From Cenococcum geophilum (Eukaryota): a stretch of DNA of 64,000 nucleotides. The notes beneath the pieces are model-generated. The model ran no database searches, was not told the origin of the DNA, and was given only the letters and a program-made list of their open reading frames with translations. Below, piece by piece: positions 41,466 to 52,500 of this stretch. The stretch covers positions 9,362,001-9,426,000 of the forward strand of contig CP158635.1 in NCBI GenBank assembly GCA_050273025.1, given 5' to 3'. Position 1 is the stretch's first letter, and each line of letters opens with the position of its first letter. The position numbers and the translations under genes were made by a program.

Positions 41466-41664
41466 TATATATAACTGACTATCAGTACTATACCAAGATA
41501 TAAAACTATAGCCTAAAAGGCTCTAAGACTACCCTTATATATCTTAGATATAGTTAAAGAATAAGTTATAGACCTTAAAGTTAGGGGTCCACTTTTATAT
41601 ATTTATATTACTTAATTTCCATAGATTTTAAATTAAGTCGCTTATTTAATTTCTATATACTATA
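41466..41664 (+). repeat. Possible 3' LTR of the Copia element (boundaries approximate)
   Basis: Follows a PPT-like AGGGG at 41461; no partner LTR in window. Confidence 0.4.
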
Positions 41665-41685
41665 AAGCTTATAGAATAGAGATAG

Positions 41686-41814
41686 TGTTACAGACCTTAT
41701 ATTAGTAGTAATACAGCTATTAAGAGAGGATATAAATAGACTAGAAGTGGAAGCGCGGGAGGTATTAGAACTAGTTAAACTATAAAATAAAGGGTAGCTA
41801 AGTTATATAGTAAG
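41686..41814. repeat. Possible start of another LTR, interrupted by element F copy 1
   Basis: Begins TGTTACAGACC like other LTR termini here; no partner visible. Confidence 0.35.
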
Positions 41815-42347
41815 TGTAACGGAACCTTGTAGCAGGAACTACAATAGGCTCATTATTAGGCTAGGTGTGTAGGTAATGTGAATTAAAGTTAACAATATAA
41901 TAATAACTAGTGGAGTAGTTGCCTAATAAATTAACTCTAATTATATTCTAAGAATTACTATAAGGAAGGAACTATCTAGGTAGGGACTAAGGGTCCTTAA
42001 ATACATAACCGTACTCCTATAAAATCCTCCTTATATATAATATATATATACTCTATTTACTCTATTATAGATTTTATAGATTTTATAGATTATATAGATT
42101 ACCTTATATAACCTTAGTTACCATTCCTTATTACATAGCTCTATCGGCTCTATCCTAGACCGTGCTCTAATTAACTAACTAGCTTTTTTTTAACTCTTCT
42201 CTAAGTAGTCGTAATATTGTACTTAAAGCGTCCGTAACATCATCTCCCTCCTCTCTATTTTTGTCCTTAAAGATTTCTAATATCTTTAAGTTATCTACTG
42301 GAGGTATAATATCCGTCTAATTAATTTGGTTAATATTATTACTTATT

Positions 42348-43010
42348 ATACCTAAAGCAATTTCTTCTTCTTTAACTGCTCGTTGTATTCGCACTATCGC
42401 TGCAATACTATCTCTTAGTGAGATTATACCGTCTCTATATTCTCGTTACTTAAAAAAGGGGTTAGTTTATATTACGTTGGCAAATCTATCTTCGTAATAA
42501 CTATTTTCTTACTTAGAGTATACTAAAGTAAATATTTATTTATCCTATAACGTTCGCTCTATCTCTAATACTAAATATACGCGACCTATTACTCTTAATA
42601 GTCGTCTAGTTCTTTAATTAATTTATCTTAGAGTCTTATATTTAATCTACTACTATATAACTAGATAGTAAACTATCTTAGGCTCTTACTAAGTTAAAAT
42701 GTTCTTATAATATAGAGCAGAAGGCTCTAAAGGCCTATATTATGGCGTCTGCTTAATTACTCCGTCTTAAGAAGGTTCGTAAAAAGGTGCGTTTTAAAGA
42801 ATAAAAACTTATAGAATAGGGTTTATAGGAACTTAGTAATAAAAGAATAGATTCTCTTTTAGCTAAAAAGGAAATAGATCTAAGTAGTTCGGCAACTACT
42901 CTTCTTAGGTCCCCCTTAGGTGGCTTATTCTTTAGCAATCCTTCTTTATTAATATTACCTAACCTAATCTCTTCTAATACTCCTATACCTTTCTTATAGC
43001 ATTCTTTAAA
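42348..43010 (+). pseudogene. Antisense accessory gene of family F copy 1, Zn2Cys6-like, RIPped
   Basis: TAY codons spaced CX2CX6CX13CX2CX8C at 42438-42548; later RLRKVRKKVR..EQ.L.E.GLQEL coiled-coil-like segment; start codon (ATA for ATG) and end are inferred. Confidence 0.65.
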
Positions 43011-44609
43011 TTCTCTAGTAATTCCTAAGTAGTCTTACTATAGCCTATCTACTTTACCTCGTACTATATTTTATCGTTAATATCTTTATAGCTAGCGATC
43101 TTTAAAACTTACTATTTATCTTCTTCCTATCTCTGCCTTATAAACTAGTGGCTTAATATTCCTATATACTAGCTCTAGAATTATAATATACTATATAGAG
43201 TAGATCTTTATTTTAGCTAATAGGTTTAACTTAAATATAACTAGTAAAATCCTCTAAATAATTTTAAAAGGTCCTAGTCTAACATAATTTAACTTTTTAC
43301 TTAGTTATCGACTTTTAAAATTTTTGTATAGTAGCTATACTTTATCTCCCTCCTTAAAATCTAGTCCCTTAGATCTCTTAGTGTTATAGTACTTTTTTAT
43401 TCTCTCTTATACTTTCTTTACTAATTCTATAAGGTCTATATAAAGATTTATTAATATCTTTATCCTTTCTTTAGCTATACTACTTATTTTCTTTACTTAT
43501 TATAGTAATAACAATATTCTTAGCTTATATCCATAATTTGCCTTAAATGGTAATATACCTATCCCTTCTTAAGGTGTTATATTATATGTAAACTATATAA
43601 TTAGTAGTAATAATACCTAATTATTCTGCGCGTAATTAATATAGTACCTTAAATACTGTTTTAGTATCTAATTTAATCTTTCTATTTAACCGTCTATCTA
43701 TAGATAATATATAGTAAAAGTTACTACTCTAACTCCTTATTCCGCTAAGAATACTTTCTAAAATACTACTATAAATCTTAAATCTCTATCTAATATAATC
43801 TTACTTAGTGCTCCGTGTCTTATAAACACTTCTTTAATATAGATTTTAGCGATATCTTCTACTAATATTTCTTCTATATACGCTATAAAGTACCCCCACT
43901 TTATAAGCTTGTCTACTATTACTAAGATTATATTATAATCTTATCCGGTAATAGGATCTCTTAATTTTAGCAACTTAATAATAAAGTCCTATAATATAAC
44001 CTCCTATAGTCTCTCTAATATCTTAATAGGTTATAGCCCTCTATATAGCTTATACCTTATTAGTTTATTCCTCTAGCAATCTAGATATTCTTTAGTAACT
44101 TTTCGCGCTAAGCCCTAGATTCTATTAATAATATACTCCTCCTAAAGTCTTAATACTAGGCTTATAGCTTTATTATATCCCTAAATTAGTCCCCTATAAA
44201 ACTCTTTTATAAATTACTCTGCTATACTTCTTAGGATATACTTTACTTCTTAATATTTGTATATATCCATTTATAGATCTTCTAATTATACTTCTAGAAT
44301 TCTTTATACCTAAAAGCTTTTTAGTAATTTGTAAACTTTTTCTAGTTCTTCCTAAGTTACTATAATCTTTAGATAATTAAACCTACATCAGGAAATTTTT
44401 TTTTGGGGTCGTTGTTGCGGTTTGCGGCAAATTGCCGCAAACCGTACGGTTGCGGCAGATGTATATGGTCGATAGCAATTTGCGCAAAACGCACGTTTTG
44501 TAACAAGTTTGCAGCACCCTAATAGCAATTTGCGCGTTTTGTAACAAATTTGCAGCATCTAATAGCAAATTGCGGCAAAACGCTACCCCATAAATAAATA
44601 GTGCGCAAA

Positions 44610-44696
44610 CTGTACGAATTGTACAAATTGTAAAAACTGTACGAATTGTACGAATTGTACGAATTGTACGAATTGTAAAAACTGTACAAATTGTAA
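44610..44696 (+). repeat. 9-bp tandem repeat (TGTACGAAT)n
   Basis: Directly visible, about 9 units. Confidence 0.9.
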
Positions 44697-44858
44697 CTAT
44701 ATAAATTATAATTATATTACATAATAACCAAATTATCACATATTTCCATAGATTTCTGTAGTATACTTTTAAATATATTTATATTATAACTATATAAAAT
44801 GTAGAGCTATCTACTTTAGGCGTTAAGGGGGAAGCCTCTCGCGGAGGCTCTAAATCAT

Positions 44859-44980
44859 CTGCCTACCTACCTGCCTGCCTGCCTGCCTGCTTGCCTACCT
44901 GTCTGTCTATACCTACCCGTCTATGCCTACCTATCTGTGCCTACCTGTCCGTGCCTACCTGTCTGTGCCTACCTGTCTAT
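44859..44980 (+). repeat. (CTGC/CTAC/CTGT)n microsatellite-like tract
   Basis: Directly visible. Confidence 0.88.
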
Positions 44981-45049
44981 GTCACCTTGATTCGATCGAT
45001 CGATCGAATCGTTTATCGTGTTCGCTGGCTGGTCGTTCGAACGGTTGTC

Positions 45050-45740
45050 GTGTGGCTCTGGCGACGGTCATGTGGCGATGACGATGGTCGTCTGGCTCTG
45101 ACGGTCGTCTAGCTCTGGCGACGGTCATCTGGCTCCGGCGACGGCCGTCTAGCTCTGACGACGGTCGTCCAGCTCTGACGACGGTCGTCTAGCTCTGGCG
45201 ACGGTCATCTGGCTCCGGCGACGGTCGTCTAGCTCTGACAACGGTCGTCTAGCTCTGACAACGGTCGTCTAGCTCTGGCGACGGTCATCTGGCTCCGGCG
45301 ACGGCCGTCTAGCTCTGACGACGGTCGTCCAGCTCTGGCGACGGTCATCTGGCTCCGGCGACGGTCGTCTAGCTCTGACGACGGTCGTCTGGCTCTGACG
45401 ACGGTCGTCTGGCTCTGACGGTTGTCCAGCTCTGGCGACGGTCATCTGGCTCCGGCGACGGTCGTCTAGCTCTGACGACGGTCGTCTGGCTCTGACGACG
45501 GTCGTCTGGCTCTGACGGTTGTCCAGCTCTGGCGACGGTCATCTGGCTCCGGCGACGGTCGTCTAGCTCTGACGACCGTCGTCTGGCTCTGACGACCGTC
45601 GTCCAGCTCTGGCGACGGTCATCTGGCTCCGGCGACAGTCGTCTGGCTCTAACGACGGTCGTCTAGCTAACGGTCGTCTAGCTCTGGCGACGGTCGTCTG
45701 GCTCCGGCGACGGTCGTCTGGCTCCGGCGACGGTCGTCTG
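45050..45740 (+). repeat. 20-bp minisatellite, consensus GACGGTCGTCTAGCTCTGAC, with higher-order repeats
   Basis: About 34 units; 97-bp higher-order period at 45421 and 45518. Confidence 0.95.
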
Positions 45741-45906
45741 CTGGCTGTCGTTCTGGTGTCTTCCTAGGTAGGGAGGATGTAAGGAAGGGTAAAAAATGAG
45801 GTGGCTACCTAGGTGTATATAGGGGGTATACTTGGCAGAGGCACGTGTAGAGGCTATCGGGAATATAGCGGGGACCCGATAGTAATGTGTCGCGCGCACA
45901 CACAAA

Positions 45907-46731
45907 GGCTTTGTGTAGAGCTTCGTGTAGGGCCTCCGTACGCAGAGCTTCGCGCAGAGCCTCGTGTAGAGCTTCGCGCAGAGCCTCGTGCAGAGCCTCC
46001 ATATGTAGAGCTTCGTGTAGAGCTTCGTAGAGCTTTGTGCAGAGCTTCGTGTAGAGCTTCGTGCAGAGCCTTGTGTAGAGCTTCGTGTAGAGCTTCGTGC
46101 AGAGCCTCGTGCAGAGCCTCTATATGCGGAGCTTTGTGTAGAGCCTCGTGTAGAGCCTCGTGCAAAGCTTTGTGTAGAGCTTCGTGTAGAGCTTCGTGCA
46201 GAGCTTCGTGCAGAGTTTCGTGCAGAGCTTCGTGCAGAGCTTCGTGTAGAGCCTTGTGCAGAGCCTCTGTACGCAGAGCTTTATGTAGAGCCTCGTGTAG
46301 AGCCTCGTGCAAAGCTTTGTGTAGAGCTTCGTGTAGAGCTTCATGCAGAGCTTTATGTAGAGCTTCGTGCAGAGCTTCGTACAGAGCTTCGTGCAGAGCT
46401 TTGTACAGAGCTTCGTGTAGAGCCTTGTGCAGAGCCTCTGTACGCAGAGCTTTATGTAGAGCCTCGTGTAGAGCCTCGTGCAAAGCTTCGTGTAGAGCTT
46501 CGTGCAGAGCTTCGTGCAGAGCTTCGTGCAGAGCTTCGTGCAGAGCTTCGTGCAGAGCTTCGTGCAGAGCTTCGTGCAGAGCTTCGTGCAGAGCTTCGTG
46601 CAGAGCTTCGTGCAGAGCTTCGTGCAGAGCTTCGTGCAGAGCTTCGTGCAGAGCTTCGTGCAGAGCTTCGTGCAGAGCTTTGTGCAGAGCTTCGTGCAGA
46701 GCTTTGTGTAGAGCCTCGTGCAGAGCCTCTG
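45907..46731 (+). repeat. 12-bp minisatellite, consensus CGTGCAGAGCTT
   Basis: 15 perfect units at 46501-46680; degenerate units to the left; 171-bp higher-order duplication at 46241 and 46412. Confidence 0.96.
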
Positions 46732-46999
46732 CATCAGGAATTTTTTTTTGGGCACGTTGTTGCAAGCGAAAATCGGGGTCTGCAAAACCTGCAGGCGTAA
46801 GTCGCAATTTTAGCATTTGCGGCAATTTGCAGCAATTTGCTACAAACACATAGATAGGGTAGACGCGTGCATAGGTAGCCTATGTGTTTGTAGCAAATTG
46901 CTGCAAATCGCCGCAAATTGCCAAAATTGCGACTTACGCAGGTTTTGCAGACCCCGATTTTCGTTTGCAACAACGAGCCCAAAAAAAAATTTCCTGATG
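46732..46999. mobile_element. 268-bp foldback MITE forming the right end of the TIR element
   Basis: Inverted arms of about 120 bp beginning CATCAGGAA, separated by a loop of about 25-30 bp. Confidence 0.88.
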
Positions 47000-49568
47000 T
47001 AATTAATCCATCTATGTCTTTTTATAGTAAAGCCCCTAATAGCTTTTATTATTTTATAGTTTAGCTTTTTAACTTAGAGTGTCTGCTCGCATATTATCTA
47101 TACCCTTAGTATACTAAATTTTGAAATAGTATTCTATAAGTATCTTTACCCATCTAACCTATCTTTAGTTAAGTTCCTTTATTATTAAAAATCCTATTAG
47201 GTTCTTATAATCTATCTTAACTATAAATAGTTTCTCTATGCCTTATAAGAATGCTCTTTATTTCTTTAATACTATAACTATACCTAATAACTCTTTATTA
47301 TAGATATTATAGTTTAACTCTAGTAGTATTATCTTTTAACTATAATATGCTATTAGGTGCTATCTATCTAGATGCTTTTATATAAAGTATACCCCTAGTA
47401 TATAATTTAATACATCTATTTTTACAACCGTCTTTAGTCCTAGTTAATAGATCTTAAAAACTAGCTCCTAGGTAAACAACTCCTTAACTTATTTAAATAG
47501 CTTCTACTATTTCTTTCCCTATACCCATAGTTCTTCCTTCTTTATTAATTGCGTAAATAGCTTAATATCCTTTAACTACTGCGCTATAAACCTTATATAG
47601 TAATTATAAAACCCTAAAAACAATTTTAACTGCGTAACGTTTTCCGGTTCTTACTAATTCACTATAGCCTTAATCTTCTTTAGATCTATACTAAGTTTGC
47701 CTAGTTTAATAATAAATCCAATAAAATTGGTCTTCCTAGTAAAGAACTTGTATTTCTTAATTATTACTAGTATTTGTTTTTCTTATAGTCTCTTTAAGAC
47801 CTATTTAACGTATTCTCTATATTCTTCCTTATTTATTAAATAGATAATAATATTGTTAAAATATACTATAACAAATTCATCTAAGTATTCTCCTAATATA
47901 TTATTAATACACTTCTAGAACGTTACTAGTGCGTTTATAAGCCTAAATTGTATAACTAATAGTTTATATAGTCTCTCTTTTAACCTAAAGGCTGCTTTTT
48001 ATTTATTGCCTTCCTTAATTCTAATCTAATAGTACGCCCATCTTAAATCTATCTTTATAAAGATTTAAGCGTTGCCTATCCTGTCTTAGATTTCGCTAAT
48101 TAAGGGTAAAGGATACCTATCCTTCTTAGTAATGCTATTTAACTACCTATAGTTAATATATAGCCTTAGTTTGCCATTTTTCTTTAATATAAATAGTACT
48201 AGATAACCCGCTAATGACTATAATAGTCTAATATATCCCTTTTATAGATTTTCCTAGATAAACTCTTTTAATGCTCTACCTTCCTCTTTAATAAGCTTAT
48301 AGATTAAAAAGAACCTTAGACTTATTCCTAGTTCTAATTCTATTTTATAGTCCTATACTATATACTCTAATAGCTTTTTACTTTCCGGTAACTATAGTTT
48401 CTTACTATACTTATAGTATCTCTTTAGTATATAACTTAAGCCTCGCTTAGTTTCCTTATATATTACTCTAACTTAGTACTATACTAACTTAGCTTATTAT
48501 TACATCTTACGGCGTTAAATATCCTTAATATTAACCTAACCTATAACCTAATTAATCTTTAGATTATATTCCTGTAACTAAGGCATTCCTAGTACTGCCT
48601 TATTATTCCCTAATAGTAATATATTAAAAGACATCTTAATTTATCTCCCTTTAATAGTTAACTAAATAGGTCCTATTTTAAGATTAATAATACCTCCTCT
48701 ATAGGCTATTAGGTCTCCTAAAATCGTTACTAATAAGTAAGAATACTCCTTTTTCCTATATAGTAACCCCATTTTTTTAACTACTACTAGCAAAATATAG
48801 TTCCTTATTACTCCACTATCTATTAATACCTTAAACTGTTAATCTTACCACTTAACTTATAAATTTAGGTATTGTCCTTAAATTCCTTTAAGGGTCTAAG
48901 GCTCTACTATTAGTTCCCTCTAGTCCTATAGGCCTCTACTTTTCCCAACTATTAGCTACTTAATCCTATATATACTTAGTCTAACTTTAGCCAATACTTA
49001 GTTCGCTTTTTATCTTTAATATACTATAGACACATATTCTTTAGGTATTCCCACTACTATTATTTATCTAGTGTAACGGAACCTTATAGCAGGAACTACA
49101 ATAGGCTCGTTATTAGGCTAGGTGTATAGGTAATATAAATTAAAGTTAACAACGTAATAATAACTAGTAGAGTGGTTGCCTAATAGATTAACTTTAATTA
49201 TATTCTAAAAATCACTACAAGGAAGGAACTATCTAGGTAGGGACTATAGTCCTTTAAATACACAACCGTACTCCTATAAAATCCTCCTTATATATAATAT
49301 ACGTATACTCTATCTACTCTATTATAGATCCTATAGATTATATAGATTATATAAATTATATTATATAACCTTAGTTACCATTCCTCGTTATATAGCTCTA
49401 TCGGCTCTATCCTAAACCGTACTTATATTAACTAACTAGCTTCTTTTAACTCTTCCCTAAGTAGTTATAACATTATACTTAAAGCGTTTGTAACACCATC
49501 TCCCTCCTTTTTATCTTTGTTCTTAAAGATTCCTAATATCTCTAAGTTGTTTACTAGAGGTGTAATAT

Positions 49569-52500
49569 TGTAACGGAATTCCCTAGAAGGTACATATCAG
49601 ATAAAACAGGAGGAGGTCTCATCTATGTTTTAGAAGGAGGTCTTATCTATATTCTATCTACGTCCTAGAAGACACGGTCAGACAGATAAGGGGTAAAGGG
49701 TTTTGCTAGCGTCTTAGAAGGATTATATAGGGAGCTGGTTCTCCTCTAGAGAAGAACTAGCAATTAGTCTCTAAATAGAAGTAGTTAAAAGCATTTATCC
49801 TTTAATACATAAAACTCATTCTACCTTTAACTTACCTTCTATTTACCTTTAACTTACCTTTTACTTACCGGTGACACTGTTAATTAGATAGTTATACGTT
49901 TCGGTTAAGCTGGTCTCTTACAATTTTAATCGCTTACAATCCGTTAGGAACGTACGGCTATTAATTAACGATAATAAACTATACTCCTATACCCCACGAA
50001 GCAACGCCCTCACCGTAAGAGGCTCAAAGAGTCTCCCTAGAGGAGCGCATTCCCTCTTCCTATAAAGAAGCCACGGCTAGTCTGTCTAACCTTGCGAGAC
50101 CCTTAGGAATAATTACCGCTAGGGAGTTATTAAAGCGGTCGCTATACGAGACCCTATAAAAAATAAAGGAGTTAAAGATATAATTAAGATAAGCATATTA
50201 AGACTACTAAGAATAATTATAAGGACAATTAGGGGAAGTATAGACACCCCAGATACGAAGCGGACTTAAAGGGGTAACACCACACTATGCTATAACGTTA
50301 GAAAAACCTAAATTCCGTATAAAGGAACCTAATAAGTACTATAGTAATAGTCTTTAGAACTGCAATCGTTTTATCCAATAATGCGAAACCAAGTTTTAGC
50401 TAGATCCAAAACGATACTCTAACGAGTATAATTAGACACTAATTACTTTTACCTTCCTACGTGGCACCGTTAAAAGTTTATAGATATGCTATAAGAAGAA
50501 ACTTACTATACTTTTTAAATTTAGCAAACTTAGGACCTAGTTAGTTAATTAGGTCCAAGACCCTACTAATTAAAGGATAGACTATAACCAGCAATACCAC
50601 AACGCTAAATAGCGGGATAGTTAGACTATAGTCTAGTTTATAAACTACTTAAAAGAACTAGAAGATAATATACCCTACTTAAATCTATAGGATAACGCTA
50701 TATAACTTCACCAGCTACTCGCTAAGCTATAACCTAAGATTTAACAGGCCATATAAGAGAAGGGCGAAATTCCTACCTCTTAAAAAAAGCTTATCTCTAA
50801 AGCTACTCGGATTAAAAGTACTAAAAGAGACTATTTAGGCAAGCGAAAGAAATAAGACGCCAATAATAAAGAGCGTAGGACTAGACCTAGCTTTAATAAT
50901 AGGGGCAGATTCCAACCTAACCGCTCTACGGAAGGATAACGTAAGTAGGCCTCGCAGCCCTAGAGCAACGCTAGTTAACCCTAAAATAATAATAGGCAGA
51001 GACCTAATCCGTAGAAGGGGAACTGGGAGATACGCACCTATTATAACTACGGCAAGAAAGGCTACATAAGCCGCTTCTACTAGCAGAAGAAGTAAGAGTC
51101 GGCCTAATTAGGAAAAGAGACAGCCTAGTAAATCTTTACTCCCTTATACTAGGCTAGCAAGAGAAAAAGAAAGTAAACTACCGCATAGTTATTCCTGTCT
51201 CTATTTAAGTTAATAATAAATAGGTAACGTAAGACTGCCTTATAGACAGCGGCGCGAGTATAGGGTTTATTTCTTAATTACTAGTAAAAGAATTAGATTT
51301 AGATCTTAGCGGCTTATAGGTGCGCACTATTTAAAATATTAGAGGCCACTAGATTCCATACTATAGGGAATAGGCTTTTTCCATGGCCAGCTAGGACCGC
51401 GATAGTCTATAAAATACATAGGAGATACGCTTCTATACCGCAGAAATTAAGGGGTATAACCTTATTTTGGAATACCTATAGCTTCGCCAAGTCAATCTAG
51501 ACATTAATTGGCCTTTAGCCTTATATTGACATCGGAAGTCTTAACCGCGCATTATAGTTAAAAATTAAAAGACTTTCTTAAACTATATATAAGAAGAAGG
51601 GTGGGTATATACTATATATGCCACTCTTAATACTAAGAACGGGGACATAGGATATTTATTTTTAGATGTCCGGCTATACGCAGTTAAGGAACTAGAGATT
51701 CTACAGGAATATATAGACTTAGAAGATATTTCTAGTAAAGAGGCTACATAAACCTTACCTAACCCTATATTAGTTAAGCATAAAATAGACACAGGGGATA
51801 AATAACCTCTTTTTAGACCACTGTATAACCTATCAGAAAATAAGCTAGCGGTACTGCGTTAATATATAATAGACAATCTTTAGAGAGGATAGATTTAGCC
51901 CTCTATAAGCCTAGCAGGGGTACCAATTATATTTATACCCAAGAAATACAGGACCCTTTACCTTTATATTAACTATTAGGCGCTAAATAAGATTACTATA
52001 AAGAATTGCTACCCGTTACCCTTAATAGGGGAGCTTATTAATAGGCTGTTAGGCGTAAAAATATTTACAAAATTAGATTTAAAAGATGTATACTATTAAA
52101 TCCAGATTAAAGCTAGCGATAAGTAGAAAACGGCGTTCTAAATATAGTACGGCCACTTTAAGTACCTAGTAATGCCATTTAGGCTTACTAACGCACCAGC
52201 GATATTTTAGGCCTATATTAATAAGGCATTATTAGGCCTATTAGACACGATATATGTGGTCTACCTTAATAATATTATAGTTTACTCTAATAACTACGAA
52301 GTATATACGTACTACGTATAAATAGTACTAGAAAGACTACGGGAATATAAGCTCTATATAAACCTAAAAAAAGTACATATTCTATGCTACTAGCATTAAT
52401 TTTTTAGGCTTTATTATTAGCGTTAACGGAGTATTAATAGAGAAAAGTTAGGTGGACGCTATTAGGGAATAGCCCTACCCCATAATATTTAGAGAAGTAT

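Larger units (their letters stand above)
44386..46999. mobile_element. 2614-bp non-autonomous TIR DNA element with TA TSD, carrying tandem arrays, largely un-RIPped
   Basis: 33-bp TIRs CATCAGGAAATTTTTTTTTGGG(G/C)TCGTTGTTGC; TA at 44384-44385 and 47000-47001; the empty site is visible in F copy 2 at about 59400-59420. Confidence 0.93.
41815..49071 (-). mobile_element. Ty3/Gypsy family F copy 1 (3' LTR through start of pol), interrupted by a TIR element and by F copy 2
   Basis: 425-bp LTR at 41815-42239; reverse PPT at 42240-42257; chromodomain, IN, RH, RT, PR remnants colinear with 57304-61480. Confidence 0.93.

Noticed and set aside
44383..45112. ORFs of 118 aa and 73 aa
   Set aside because: They are translations of the TIR, the 9-bp repeat and the microsatellite.
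45050..45740. CRISPR-like appearance of the palindromic 20-bp array
   Set aside because: Units are head-to-tail with no unique spacers, there are no cas genes, and the context is eukaryotic.
45805..46853. Long ORFs with HEAL/CRAS/CTKL/QSFV repeats (up to 346 aa)
   Set aside because: A 12-bp repeat lacking stops opens several frames on both strands; the ORFs run into the TIR and show no recognisable domain.
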